The translations under genes and the position numbers were made by a program. From Planctomycetota bacterium (lineage in GTDB: Bacteria; Planctomycetota; UBA11346): a stretch of DNA of 64,000 nucleotides. The notes under the pieces are model-generated. The model did no database searches. It was not told the origin of the DNA and was given only the letters and a program-made list of their open reading frames with translations. The DNA is taken from assembly GCA_016745075.1 (NCBI GenBank), contig JADGDD010000002.1, positions 130,034 through 194,033 on the forward strand. The letters are read 5' to 3'. Below are positions 1 to 9,899 of the stretch, one piece after another. Every line of letters starts with the position of its first letter. Within the stretch, counting starts at the first letter, position 1.

Positions 1-671
1 CCAAGTATATACTTACGCATCAGTTTTTCTGAGATAACCCAGTCGTCTTCTTCATCAATTTCAACACCAGTGAATTCAGCCATTTCATAGGTGGCAATTT
101 TTCCAGATAAACGGTTTTTATCACGCAATATGTTGCCGATGCTATTAATATAAAAAGCACCATTTTCCATTAGCGTACCATTGAAATCTTGTCGCCTTGG
201 GCGTTGTACATAGTTATAATTGATCGGGGTTCCATTGTCTGCCCAGTAAAAACGCTTCATTCGTGCGCAGGTCAGCATTGAATCTGCATCAGAATTTTTA
301 AAGTCTGCAAGAGCCTGACTTACATCGACAGCAGTTGTAAACGGAGAAGTAGCCTGAGCCAAGATAAATAAATCATCAGTGGCTAGGTCCTTACGAGATG
401 CGATATATTCCAGCATAACGGCTTCAGTGCTGGCCGTATCATTAGCGTTTTCTGGGTCACGATCGTAGCAGCGAACCTTAGAAAGATGTAAGTTTGCAAC
501 AACAGAAGTGATTTCTTCGCTATCAGTAGCTAAGATGATTTCGTCAACGGCTTCTGCATCTTGAAGTGCTTTTAGTGTCCAATAGACAAGCGGTTGGCCG
601 CAAAAATCCTTAATGTTTTTCTTCGGGATTGATTTGCTGCCACCGCGTACTGGTACGAATGCTCGTATCAT
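1..671 (-). CDS. acylneuraminate cytidylyltransferase family (CMP-nonulosonic acid synthetase-like), C-terminus truncated by the window edge
   Basis: Translating the reverse strand by hand gives an ATG at 669-671 and the N-terminus MIRAFVPVRGGSKSIPKKNIKDF, an open frame all the way to position 1, and the motifs typical of CMP-NeuAc synthetases. The ORF track omits it because no stop codon falls inside the window. Confidence 0.75.
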   Translation of the reverse strand, partial: MIRAFVPVRGGSKSIPKKNIKDFCGQPLVYWTLKALQDAEAVDEIILATDSEEITSVVANLHLSKVRCYDRDPENANDTASTEAVMLEYIASRKDLATDDLFILAQATSPFTTAVDVSQALADFKNSDADSMLTCARMKRFYWADNGTPINYNYVQRPRRQDFNGTLMENGAFYINSIGNILRDKNRLSGKIATYEMAEFTGVEIDEEDDWVISEKLMRKYIL

Positions 672-688
672 AGTGGTTTCCTAGGTAT

Positions 689-1570
689 CTATTTGGCTCG
701 GTATTTAAGCTTTTCGCGCTGTACATCTTCGATTGGAAGGATTTCAGCAGATTTAAAGGAGAGTGCTTCATAGGTTGCTTTGAGGTTACGAACAAGTTTA
801 CCAACACCAGCAGGTTCCAAAGAGGCAGCGTGGTCAGTGCCTTTCCAAGTACGGTCTTTGGTGAAGTGACGTTCAATCCAGCGAGCACCAAGGGTGTAGG
901 CAGCAATGTCAACAGCAATACCAAGATGATGGCCAGAGAAGCCAATTGCTTTAACGCGGTCTTCGAATTTTTCGTACATGCGCTTGATTTCTAGTAATGA
1001 GAGATCTTTAAATGGTACAGGATAGCCTGAGGTGCATGAATAAATAACCAAACGACTTTTTGCTTGGTCAGTTTCTTCAAAGAGGCTAATGATCTGTTCT
1101 TCTTCTTCCTGTTTGGTCATACCAAAAGAAACATGTACTTCACCTTCATACTCATCGCGTAGTACTTTGAGCATTTCGAAGTTGTTATTACAAGCGGAAG
1201 GTATTTTGATAAAAATTGGATTAATACTGAGGATTTCGCGTGCACTGGTTACATCCCAAACAGAGGTTGAATAAACCATGTCGAGTGTTTTGCAGTATTC
1301 CATGAGCTCTTTGTGTTGCTCAACACTAAATTCTAGAAATTCACGATGAGCACCGTAGGTGTCGCCGTATGAATTCGCTGGGTTTGGATGAGTTGCGTTA
1401 TATTGCTCTTCTGTTAACAACTCTTTGTTGTTTCGTTTTTGCAATTTTACATATTCAGCACCTGTGCTTTTAGCAAGCAAAACAAGCTCTTTAGCGATTT
1501 CAAAATCGCCCATGTGATTACAGCCAATTTCGGCTATGACTTTTGCTTCTTGGTAGTCATGTTTAAACAT
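689..1570 (-). CDS. NeuB-like nonulosonic acid synthase paralog of 293 aa, TIM-barrel domain only, with no C-terminal SAF/antifreeze-like domain
   Basis: The N-terminus KVIAEIGCNHMGDFEIAKELV and the rest of the sequence match the NeuB/PseI/LegI family. It is about 40-50 aa shorter than canonical synthases. Confidence 0.7.
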   Translation of the reverse strand: MFKHDYQEAKVIAEIGCNHMGDFEIAKELVLLAKSTGAEYVKLQKRNNKELLTEEQYNATHPNPANSYGDTYGAHREFLEFSVEQHKELMEYCKTLDMVYSTSVWDVTSAREILSINPIFIKIPSACNNNFEMLKVLRDEYEGEVHVSFGMTKQEEEEQIISLFEETDQAKSRLVIYSCTSGYPVPFKDLSLLEIKRMYEKFEDRVKAIGFSGHHLGIAVDIAAYTLGARWIERHFTKDRTWKGTDHAASLEPAGVGKLVRNLKATYEALSFKSAEILPIEDVQREKLKYRAK

Positions 1571-1599
1571 AAAAGGGTTCCTTTATATACCAAATGGTA

Positions 1600-2535
1600 T
1601 TAGATGATGTTTTTAAAGTAGTCGATGGTTTTTTCTAGACCTTGACGCAAGTGAATGCGCGGTTCCCAGTCTAAGTGTTTTTTAGCTAAGGTGATGTCTG
1701 GTTGTCGTTGCATTGGGTCATCTTGCGGCAGTGGTTTGAAGATGATTTTTGATGAACTGCCAGTGATGTCTATGATTTCTTCAGCAAGTTCTATCATACT
1801 GAATTCACCTGGATTACCAATGTTGACTGGTCCTTGGAAATCACTGCCCGAATTCATCATACGGATAAAGCCGTCAACGAGGTCATCAACATAACAGAAA
1901 GAACGTGTTTGCTGCCCGTCGCCATACATCGTGATATCTTCGCCTTTTAAGGCTTGGACAATAAAGTTACTGACCACACGGCCATCATCTGGATTCATGT
2001 TTGGACCGTAGGTATTGAAAATACGGACAACTTTTATGTCGACTTTGTGTTCACGATAGTAATCAAAGAACAGTGTTTCTGCACAGCGTTTACCTTCGTC
2101 ATAGCAGGCACGAATGCCGATGGTATTGACACAGCCTTTGTATGACTCTGGTTGTGGGTGTACATCAGGGTCGCCGTAGACTTCGCTGGTACTGGCTTGA
2201 AGGATTTTAGCTTTTGTGCGTTTGGCTAGGCCAAGCATGTTTATAGCACCGACAACAGATGTTTTTGTTGTTTGTACAGGGTCAAATTGATAGTGAACTG
2301 GGCTTGCAGGGCATGCCAAATTATAAATTTCATCAACTTCTATGTAAAGCGGGAAAGTTACATCATGACGAAGGAGTTCAAAGTAATGATTGTCTAAGAG
2401 TGGTTCAACGTTGCTTTTATCACCAGTAAAGAAGTTGTCTGCACAGATCACTTCATTGCCTTCATCTAGCAAACGTTTGCAGAGGTGGCTTCCAAGAAAC
2501 CCCGCCCCGCCAGTAACTAAAATTCTTTTTTTCAT
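1600..2535 (-). CDS. UDP-glucuronate decarboxylase (UDP-xylose synthase), extended SDR
   Basis: The N-terminus [18 protein letters not shown] and the overall sequence match UXS/ArnA-decarboxylase-type enzymes. The length is 311 aa. Confidence 0.85.
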   Translation of the reverse strand: MKKRILVTGGAGFLGSHLCKRLLDEGNEVICADNFFTGDKSNVEPLLDNHYFELLRHDVTFPLYIEVDEIYNLACPASPVHYQFDPVQTTKTSVVGAINMLGLAKRTKAKILQASTSEVYGDPDVHPQPESYKGCVNTIGIRACYDEGKRCAETLFFDYYREHKVDIKVVRIFNTYGPNMNPDDGRVVSNFIVQALKGEDITMYGDGQQTRSFCYVDDLVDGFIRMMNSGSDFQGPVNIGNPGEFSMIELAEEIIDITGSSSKIIFKPLPQDDPMQRQPDITLAKKHLDWEPRIHLRQGLEKTIDYFKNII

Positions 2536-2574
2536 TGTGTGTTGCCCTTTTATATGGTCTGAAGCGTGTGGTGA

Positions 2575-3681
2575 TTAGCTAACAGGATATTTTAATTCCC
2601 ATTTACCGTCTACTTTTTCCCAAAGATCGTGGTTACGATTGCGCTCTGCTACTTCCCAGAATTCTTCCTCAGTAACATCGTGGAAACGAAGGAAGTCTTC
2701 AAAGTATTCTTGAGGGAATTCATCACGTAGTTTATTTACAATCTGAACGGCTTCTTTCCGTTTCATGTTGCCATTCCATATATCATAGCAGCATTGATCG
2801 GTTGAACGCCAGAATCCAAATTTCAAATATTTAAACCAGATATTAATTTCACACAGTTTTTCATCCATGTTATCGTAATCGAGATAATTACCGGAGAGTG
2901 GGCCTGCCTGACGGGCTTTGAACCCGCGTTTGACAACTTCGTCATAATGACGGCGGCCGTACCATGGAATAAAGTGACCGAGATAGATGCTCTTAATGCC
3001 AGCAGAATTTAATCGTTCGTAATCTGGGTATTCGTAAAAGAAAATATCTCGTGGAGAAATGTCATCGTCAAGCCAGTTATGGATTGTTTTATCTTTGATT
3101 AAATCACTCTTGTCAATTTTAATTGCATCGGCCGTGCTTGTTTGTCGTTGCAAGCCGCCAAACTCAAAGGCAATGTCTTCTCCCCAGACAACAAGTGGAA
3201 CATCGTAGAGGAGTGCCGTATTCACAACGCTAGAGAACATAGCACAATGTTCAGCCCAGTTTGGCTCACCTTGGCGAACAAAGCACTTACTACGAACCTG
3301 TCTGTAGACAGAAGGTTTCAAGGTGATTTTGATGATGTCGATATTTAAATCTTTCACCATCTGGTTCATATTGTGGATGCCTTCAGTGGTCGGAATATGT
3401 GCTGCCAGAGTAACGCATAGTATTTTTAAATTGAACTTCTCAGCCATAATCATGGCTTGATACCAGCTATCTTTCCCACCGCTTACAGGAACGATACAGT
3501 CATAAAAAGATTTGTTTTGGCTCTTAACTTCATCAGTAATCTTTTTGAGGTCTTTCCAGCGTTGATCCCAGTCGATAGTTTTTTTTGTTTCCGAAGCTCG
3601 ACAGGCGTTGCACCATCCACGTTCGTCTAAAACAATACCTGGTTTGCTGTCTGGCATAACACAATTTGTACAGTATTTCAT
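2575..3681 (-). CDS. N-acetyl sugar amidotransferase (WbuX/PseA-type PP-loop ATP pyrophosphatase)
   Basis: An N-terminal Cys4 zinc ribbon (CTNC...CNAC) is followed by the canonical PP-loop SGGKDS. Confidence 0.8.
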   Translation of the reverse strand: MKYCTNCVMPDSKPGIVLDERGWCNACRASETKKTIDWDQRWKDLKKITDEVKSQNKSFYDCIVPVSGGKDSWYQAMIMAEKFNLKILCVTLAAHIPTTEGIHNMNQMVKDLNIDIIKITLKPSVYRQVRSKCFVRQGEPNWAEHCAMFSSVVNTALLYDVPLVVWGEDIAFEFGGLQRQTSTADAIKIDKSDLIKDKTIHNWLDDDISPRDIFFYEYPDYERLNSAGIKSIYLGHFIPWYGRRHYDEVVKRGFKARQAGPLSGNYLDYDNMDEKLCEINIWFKYLKFGFWRSTDQCCYDIWNGNMKRKEAVQIVNKLRDEFPQEYFEDFLRFHDVTEEEFWEVAERNRNHDLWEKVDGKWELKYPVS

Positions 3682-3683
3682 CG

Positions 3684-4961
3684 TTAGCCTTCTATTGCTT
3701 TATAGTTGTTTTCATCCATATAAATACGTCCCATCAGAATGTATTCTTCATCGTAGGCTTCTTCTTCAAGAAGAGGGGTCTCTTTGTAGGCGCGTGGATC
3801 ATTGACTTCAAGGCGAGCTTCTTCAACACCATCATCAGTGAGGTGGTTGTGAACAGAGTCCGTCAATGTCCATGTACCATCTTTGTTCTTGTGCCAGACA
3901 TTTTTATCACGAAATTTATTGATGTGTCCCATGAATTCGTTCTCTGACATGTCTAGCCATTTAAGGAAATCCTTTAGTACTGCCGGTGGTTTGGTGTCAT
4001 ATTGCTGGACAAGCACAGCACCTTCTTCACGGGTCATTCGTTTTAGGCGAATATCGCGCGAGGCGTGGTCAGTCGCTTTACCATAACCATATTTGAGAAA
4101 CTTAATATAGTCATGGACGGTGTCATTGTTCCAGCAGTTCGATGTTTCATAGGTATTAAAGGTGCGTTCTTGTGGTAATGTTTCGTAGCCGTATTTCTCA
4201 ATCATACCTTCGATTTGACGTTGTGAATCCCAATGGACATAGTTCCCAAGGTATAAGCCACGAACTCGTGATTTTTCAAGTTGTACATCTGATGGGTAGG
4301 TGAAGGCTTGTAGGTCTTTATTGCTGATATTTTTGTTTACACCGATGAGTTGTTCAGCATCAAGGCGGCGCAAGGCATGTTCCTTACGAGTTTTCTTAGT
4401 CATCTCTACTTCATCATGATGAGAGAACATACCAACTTGATCTAACCAACCATTTACGCCCCAGATAATAAGAGGAATGTTAAATTTGGTGGCTACTTGA
4501 ACGGGGAAAGTTCGACTGCCTGCTAAGACATGCCAATACATATCGCCAATTAATTCAATAGTTGTTCGTGTAACTTCTTTAACTGTATCTGGGCCAACGG
4601 TAGACATCATATGGTCACAGTCGAGTTCGCTAACCAAGCGAGCTAAATTACGAATGCCAACTTTGGTGTTGAATTGGGTGTTGTAGGTAACCAGCAGTGG
4701 ATTGAGGCCAAATTTGTTTTTCATCGTATCTACGACAAAAAAATCGTCCCCTGTTCCGCTGACAGGAATAATACAGTCATGAGACGTGTTTGGACGGCCA
4801 CGGTAGTGCGCGACAATCTCTTCGAGCTCTTGATGTTTTTCGTCCCAATTGATAACATATTTTTCTTCGTGGACACAGCAGCCACTACAGATGCCGCGTT
4901 CATCAAAGGTAATTCCAAGTGGGTGGTTTGCTGGATATAAACACCGCTTACAATATTGCAT
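3684..4961 (-). CDS. N-acetyl sugar amidotransferase paralog with a degenerate PP-loop
   Basis: It is the same family as the upstream gene, with CKRC...CSGCC at the N-terminus, but the PP-loop position reads SGTGDD instead of SGGKDS. It sits 2 nt downstream of its paralog. Confidence 0.7.
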   Translation of the reverse strand: MQYCKRCLYPANHPLGITFDERGICSGCCVHEEKYVINWDEKHQELEEIVAHYRGRPNTSHDCIIPVSGTGDDFFVVDTMKNKFGLNPLLVTYNTQFNTKVGIRNLARLVSELDCDHMMSTVGPDTVKEVTRTTIELIGDMYWHVLAGSRTFPVQVATKFNIPLIIWGVNGWLDQVGMFSHHDEVEMTKKTRKEHALRRLDAEQLIGVNKNISNKDLQAFTYPSDVQLEKSRVRGLYLGNYVHWDSQRQIEGMIEKYGYETLPQERTFNTYETSNCWNNDTVHDYIKFLKYGYGKATDHASRDIRLKRMTREEGAVLVQQYDTKPPAVLKDFLKWLDMSENEFMGHINKFRDKNVWHKNKDGTWTLTDSVHNHLTDDGVEEARLEVNDPRAYKETPLLEEEAYDEEYILMGRIYMDENNYKAIEG

Positions 4962-4981
4962 ATATATTCCTTCTATGCCGC

Positions 4982-5791
4982 CTACAGTGGTCGGCCTTTG
5001 CGGTCAAATTGAAAGTTTTCATATTTAACATCAGAGCTGAGTCGTACTTTTACGCCTGATTTCACCATATGAGATTTAGCAGCAATGGTACTATGTTCTG
5101 TATGTTGGAAGATATTGGCAGCGGCAGCGGCTTGGCAGCCACCTTCAAGAATTGCATCGGATAAGTGTGATGGAATTCCAACACCGCCACAGGCAATGAC
5201 GGGGATTTTTACCGCAGAGGAAACTTTTTGGAGCATCTGTACATCATAACCTTCGCGGCTGCCATCTCTATTCACTGAGTTTAGGAAGATCTCACCAGCA
5301 CCAAGTTTCTCTAGTTCGCATGCCCACTGAGCGGCATCGAAGTCGGTAGCTGTTTTGTTTAAGTGATCAAAAACACGGTAATCGCCATTGGTTTCTAAAA
5401 CGTCTTCTGAAACGGTTATGCACTGCGATCCAAATATCTCGGCAGCCTCGGAGATAAATGTTTTGTTTTCGAGGGCAATGGAATTAATGCAGACTTTATC
5501 AGCACCAGCATTAAGCAAGGCTTTAATGTCAGCAATAGATCTAATGCCGCCGCCAACAGTAAGCGGTACGAAGCATTCAGTTGCAGCCCATTCAATCAAT
5601 TTAATATCAGGACTACGGCCTTCACGAGTGGCATCGATATCAAGTACGACAATTTCATCTACGTCCCAGTTCACGAAAAACTCTATAGCGGTTTTAATAT
5701 CGCCAATTGGTAGGTAGCGTTTAAAGTCATAGCTCTGAACAACGAGATGCCCTTTAGAAATGATGCAAGGAATGAGGCGGGTTTTTAACAT
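4982..5791 (-). CDS. imidazole glycerol phosphate synthase cyclase subunit homolog (HisF-like, WbuZ-type)
   Basis: The sequence has the HisF TIM-barrel signature (LIPCIISKG...VDEIVVLDIDA). It sits inside a sugar cluster next to a HisH-like gene. Confidence 0.8.
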   Translation of the reverse strand: MLKTRLIPCIISKGHLVVQSYDFKRYLPIGDIKTAIEFFVNWDVDEIVVLDIDATREGRSPDIKLIEWAATECFVPLTVGGGIRSIADIKALLNAGADKVCINSIALENKTFISEAAEIFGSQCITVSEDVLETNGDYRVFDHLNKTATDFDAAQWACELEKLGAGEIFLNSVNRDGSREGYDVQMLQKVSSAVKIPVIACGGVGIPSHLSDAILEGGCQAAAAANIFQHTEHSTIAAKSHMVKSGVKVRLSSDVKYENFQFDRKGRPL

Positions 5792-5793
5792 GC

Positions 5794-6444
5794 TTAAGCT
5801 CCTTTCTTTGCTTCTTCAACAATGGCAACGAAGTTGCGCAATAAGGTGAACCCGTTTCCTTGGCTCTTTTCTGGGTGGAATTGAGCTCCCATGATATTGC
5901 CTTTGGCCACAGATGCTGTGTAGTGTTGCCCATATTCAAAACGAGATGTTACAAATTCAGCGGGGCAATTAGCGTGGTAGCTATGAACGAAGTAAAAATC
6001 TTTTTCTTCGCCGAGGCCAGCAAGCAATGGTGGCTCCCCTGCAATTTCGATGTTATTCCAGCCCATATGCGGGACACGAAGGTCCCCACCGGGATTCAGG
6101 CGTTCAACGGTGCCAGGGATCCAGCCGAGACCTTTATTGAGTCCACCTTCTTCAGAAGATTCAAAGAGCATTTGCATGCCAAGGCAGATGCCGAGGATTA
6201 TTTTCTTTTTATTGAGAGCTTCGTCGTTTAAAATATCGATAAGATTTCGCTTACGTAGATGTTCCATAGCATCTCTATAAGCACCGACGCCCGGTAAAAT
6301 TAAGGCATCTGCTTGTCGGATGCGATCATGATCTGCGGTTACTACGATTGAATAATTACAAATATGTTTAATGGCATTTTCAATTGATTTGACGTTACCC
6401 ATGTCGTAATCAATAATAGCAATTTCTAATGATGTTCTTGGCAT
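5794..6444 (-). CDS. glutamine amidotransferase class I (HisH-like, WbuY-type)
   Basis: GATase1 motifs are present (IAIIDYDMGNVKS, LILPGVGAY, and a catalytic Cys in GICLGMQ). Confidence 0.8.
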   Translation of the reverse strand: MPRTSLEIAIIDYDMGNVKSIENAIKHICNYSIVVTADHDRIRQADALILPGVGAYRDAMEHLRKRNLIDILNDEALNKKKIILGICLGMQMLFESSEEGGLNKGLGWIPGTVERLNPGGDLRVPHMGWNNIEIAGEPPLLAGLGEEKDFYFVHSYHANCPAEFVTSRFEYGQHYTASVAKGNIMGAQFHPEKSQGNGFTLLRNFVAIVEEAKKGA

Positions 6445-6468
6445 ATGTTCCTGTTCCTTCTATAATAG

Positions 6469-7242
6469 CTAAAGTGTAAAGCCATCGTCTACAATGATGT
6501 TTTGGCCATTTATATAAGCGCTCATATCGCTAAGAAGAAAGATGAGAGTACCTGCCATATCACCGCTATTTAACATGCCTTTAGTACAGCATTCTTTTTG
6601 GTATGCTGAAAGAAAAGGTTCTGGTTGTCTATCAAGGATGCCACCAGGGCTTAATGCGTTTACTCGTATATTCTTTCCTTGAAAATATTTTGCCATATAC
6701 TTGGTAAGATGAATGAGTCCCGATTTGATGGCAGCGTACTCAACGGGTGTTGTCATCTTTGTTTCGTTATATATGTGAAATTTTGGAGCTACGACACCAT
6801 AGATAGAAGCAATATTTATGATATTACCTCCCCCATATTTCGAGAAATATGCTGAATATCGCTGCGAGGCAAGAAAATATCCACCAAGGTTTAATCCAAC
6901 ATTTTCAACGAAATCTTCATATTGAACTTCAAAAAAATGTTTTCCATAATTTTCATTGCGAGGGTATGCGTTATTTACTAAAGCATCAATACGTCCATAT
7001 TTGGATGAGATGACTTTGATGCTGTTGTCTAGACTTTTTTCTGATGTTATGTCAAGTTCTATTACATCGACCGTTTCTGTCCCGTTTTTTTTATTGATTT
7101 CATCGCAACAGGCTTGCGCATTTTCAATGTTTTTGTCTGCAATGATTGGGATTCCACCATTGTCAACAATTGCAGATACAAAACTTTTGCCAATGAGACC
7201 AGCACCACCAGTAACAATGATAACTTTTTTATTTAGCATTAT
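6469..7242 (-). CDS. SDR family oxidoreductase
   Basis: A Rossmann motif VIIVTGGAGLIGKS is present and the SDR catalytic region contains YAAIKSG. I placed the start at the internal Met (MLNKK) because the longest ORF overlaps the upstream gene by about 90 nt. Confidence 0.7.
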   Translation of the reverse strand: MMLNKKVIIVTGGAGLIGKSFVSAIVDNGGIPIIADKNIENAQACCDEINKKNGTETVDVIELDITSEKSLDNSIKVISSKYGRIDALVNNAYPRNENYGKHFFEVQYEDFVENVGLNLGGYFLASQRYSAYFSKYGGGNIINIASIYGVVAPKFHIYNETKMTTPVEYAAIKSGLIHLTKYMAKYFQGKNIRVNALSPGGILDRQPEPFLSAYQKECCTKGMLNSGDMAGTLIFLLSDMSAYINGQNIIVDDGFTL

Positions 7243-7933
7243 TTTTATCCAGTATGAATTGGACAAATTCAAAGTCCAATGGGGTGTCAATATCAATGGA
7301 TCGTTCTTCAGGCATGACATATAACCCTGTTTTGGGAAGAAAGAGTGTTGGTTCGTTTAATATGGTTTCACGTTTCCATATATAAATGGAAGCATTCATG
7401 TCATAACATTTCGGTGAATCTTGACGACGGGTAATTACGGTATCAAGCTGTTTCGATAATTGTACAGCACCGTTAGCAGAAACCTCTATCAAATTGAAGT
7501 ATGGGCTTCTTCTACTGGGCATGGCTGTTATCAGATTGTCATTTTCATTATCCAAAAATTGTTGGAACGACTGGTGAATATCTTGGACACTGCGTAAAGG
7601 TGCGGTGGCATCAAGGTCAACCAGATGATCGAATTGTTGGTTGAAATGTTGCTCGCTACGAATAAAGGCATCACGTATAACAGCGATTTTGCCAGCTTTA
7701 TCGCCAGATAACTCAGGAGCTCTCTTAAAAAAAACTTCAGCACCATGATCTACTGCTATATCAGCAATTGTATCTGAATCAGTACTTACCACTACATGTT
7801 CAAAAAGGCCAGAGGATAATGCTTGTTGAATAGAATAGGCAATTAGTGGTTTGCCATTGATTGTTTTACAATTTTTATTCTGAACTCCCTTGCTACCTCC
7901 GCGTGCACATATAGTGCATAATGCTGCATTCAA
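7229..7933 (-). CDS. acylneuraminate cytidylyltransferase family (CMP-NulO synthetase, LegF/PseF/NeuA-like)
   Basis: The N-terminus CTICARGGSKGVQNKN matches the CMP-KDO/CMP-NeuAc synthetase fold. This is the second such gene in the cluster. Confidence 0.75.
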   Translation of the reverse strand: MNAALCTICARGGSKGVQNKNCKTINGKPLIAYSIQQALSSGLFEHVVVSTDSDTIADIAVDHGAEVFFKRAPELSGDKAGKIAVIRDAFIRSEQHFNQQFDHLVDLDATAPLRSVQDIHQSFQQFLDNENDNLITAMPSRRSPYFNLIEVSANGAVQLSKQLDTVITRRQDSPKCYDMNASIYIWKRETILNEPTLFLPKTGLYVMPEERSIDIDTPLDFEFVQFILDKNNAK

Positions 7934-8850
7934 CTGACTGCTCCTTGTATTTTGGCTACTGTGTTCATTACCCCAACAGCTTCAGCGTAACTAGAAGCTG
8001 TATTTTCTTCTGTCAATGTTGAGGTATGCATCAAGTGAAACATACGATCTCTATCGATGGGCGGGACAGAAATGTTTGCGATCGTCCCAGTCTTTCCTTG
8101 TTTAGCAATGGTATGATCTATTAGATTAATGTTATAGCTAAATTGTTCTGTATTGATGAAGATATGTCGATGAGGAATTTTACTTATATAGTCAAGGGAT
8201 ACGTTTATGAACACTTTGCGGTTGGTTTTGCCGATAAACATACATAAGTCATCAGTTTCAATCTCTAAGTCAGAAATAGTAGTTTGGTAGCTTTTTAGTT
8301 CTACTACCTCTCCGAATAGCCATTGAATATAGTCAATTTCATGACTCAAATCAAGTAAGACACCACCACCCAAGGACTTCTTGGCACTATATGACTGACG
8401 GTAGTCCACATCTGGTCGCCATGTGGGTAAATATTGGCCACATGTTACAATGATATTATAGACTTTCTCCGTTTGAATAATCTCCCTAACTTTTTGCAGT
8501 ATAGGGTGAAAGCGAAGGGTATAGCCAATAACGATCTTATTCTTTGTTTCATCAATAAGCATATGACGTTGATTATCAATGAAGTCAAAAAGAGGTTTTT
8601 CGCAGAGAATGGATTTACCACTAACGTTTGAAGTAATGTAGAGGAGTTGTTCAAAGTGTTTAGCAGTTTCTGATGCAATAACAAAATAATCATAGTCTTC
8701 TAATTGTACTTCACTGAGATGTTGATACGTGGTGTAGGAATCAATATGTTGCCGAGTAACTACATCTACGGTATGTATGGCATCAATGTCTGAGAGTACT
8801 CGAGCATGGCGTTTGCCTATAGAGCCAAAACCTATAACCAAGGCTTTCAT
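7930..8850 (-). CDS. Gfo/Idh/MocA family NAD(P)-dependent oxidoreductase
   Basis: The N-terminus MKALVIGFGSIGKRHARVL matches the Rossmann N-domain of Gfo/Idh/MocA proteins. Confidence 0.7.
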   Translation of the reverse strand: MKALVIGFGSIGKRHARVLSDIDAIHTVDVVTRQHIDSYTTYQHLSEVQLEDYDYFVIASETAKHFEQLLYITSNVSGKSILCEKPLFDFIDNQRHMLIDETKNKIVIGYTLRFHPILQKVREIIQTEKVYNIIVTCGQYLPTWRPDVDYRQSYSAKKSLGGGVLLDLSHEIDYIQWLFGEVVELKSYQTTISDLEIETDDLCMFIGKTNRKVFINVSLDYISKIPHRHIFINTEQFSYNINLIDHTIAKQGKTGTIANISVPPIDRDRMFHLMHTSTLTEENTASSYAEAVGVMNTVAKIQGAVS

Positions 8851-9896
8851 TAGAATACCTCATGATATTCGTTATTTGCCTTTTCGTATTCATCGAGTTG
8901 TCCGATGTCAAGCCAGTACTCACGAATCGGGAAAGATGCAGCAGTTTGTTTGCTTGCAATTACTGCATCAAAAAGGCTTGGCATATCATAGAATTCATTG
9001 AGTGGAATATTGTTTAGGCAAGCAGGATCAAGCATGTAGATACCAGCATTTACAAAAAATTTATGAATAGGCTTTTCTTCAAGGGAGAGAATTTGCCCCT
9101 CGTTGACACTAACAACTCCATACGGTACTTGCATATCGTATTCACGGACACACATTGTCGCCATAGAATTATTTGCTAAATGGAAGTCGAGCAGGTGTTC
9201 AAAGTTCACGTTTGTAAGAAGGTCCCCATTCATGACAAAAAAAGGATCTTTTGGCATTTCGTTCAGCAAGCTTAATGCACCCGCAGTCCCCATACGTTTT
9301 TCTTCAAATATATAATCTATGTGTGCACCAAATTCACTGCCGTCACCAAAATGTTCTTGAATAATGTCTGACTTATAATTAACACAAAAGGTGATATTTA
9401 TAAACCCATGGTTAGCAAACCGTTCTACAATCGTTTGCAGAATAGGTTTACCCCCCACTTTTAGCATTGGTTTAGGCATATGTTCAGTTAAAGGTCTCAG
9501 CCGAGAACCGAGTCCTCCAACCATCAATACAACTTTGTTCGGTAATATATTGGGTTTAAGTATTTCATCAAGTAGATCGACTCCAATGACAACGCCTGAA
9601 TCATCTATGACGGGTATTTGATAGACTTTTTTGGAAGTACATAGTTCAAGTACATCGTCACGACTGTCTTTTATATGAGCTACGATAGGGTTTTTGGAGT
9701 AGAGTCCCTTGATGGGGCTTTCTAATGTACGCCCAGACAAAAAACCGCGACGAATGTCGCCATCTGTAAGAGTTCCGATGAGTTTGCCGTTGTCATCGAT
9801 AACAATGGCTATTTGTAGTTGGCCTTGATCAATTATTTCAAGTGCATCTTTTACGGTAGATTGTGGTGTTAGTGTGATTCCAGAAATGTTTTGCAC
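8850..9896 (-). CDS. sugar-phosphate nucleotidyltransferase with an N-terminal CBS pair (PtmE-like)
   Basis: CBS-like repeats occupy the N-terminus, followed by the NTP-transferase motif LMVGGLGSRLRPLT...KPML. Confidence 0.75.
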   Translation of the reverse strand: MQNISGITLTPQSTVKDALEIIDQGQLQIAIVIDDNGKLIGTLTDGDIRRGFLSGRTLESPIKGLYSKNPIVAHIKDSRDDVLELCTSKKVYQIPVIDDSGVVIGVDLLDEILKPNILPNKVVLMVGGLGSRLRPLTEHMPKPMLKVGGKPILQTIVERFANHGFINITFCVNYKSDIIQEHFGDGSEFGAHIDYIFEEKRMGTAGALSLLNEMPKDPFFVMNGDLLTNVNFEHLLDFHLANNSMATMCVREYDMQVPYGVVSVNEGQILSLEEKPIHKFFVNAGIYMLDPACLNNIPLNEFYDMPSLFDAVIASKQTAASFPIREYWLDIGQLDEYEKANNEYHEVF

Positions 9897-9899
9897 GTC

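Noticed and set aside
610-945. 111 aa minus-strand ORF in the track
   Set aside because: It lies in a different frame and overlaps both the cytidylyltransferase at 1-671 and the NeuB-like gene at 689-1570, which have clear family signatures. It is a spurious overlapping ORF.
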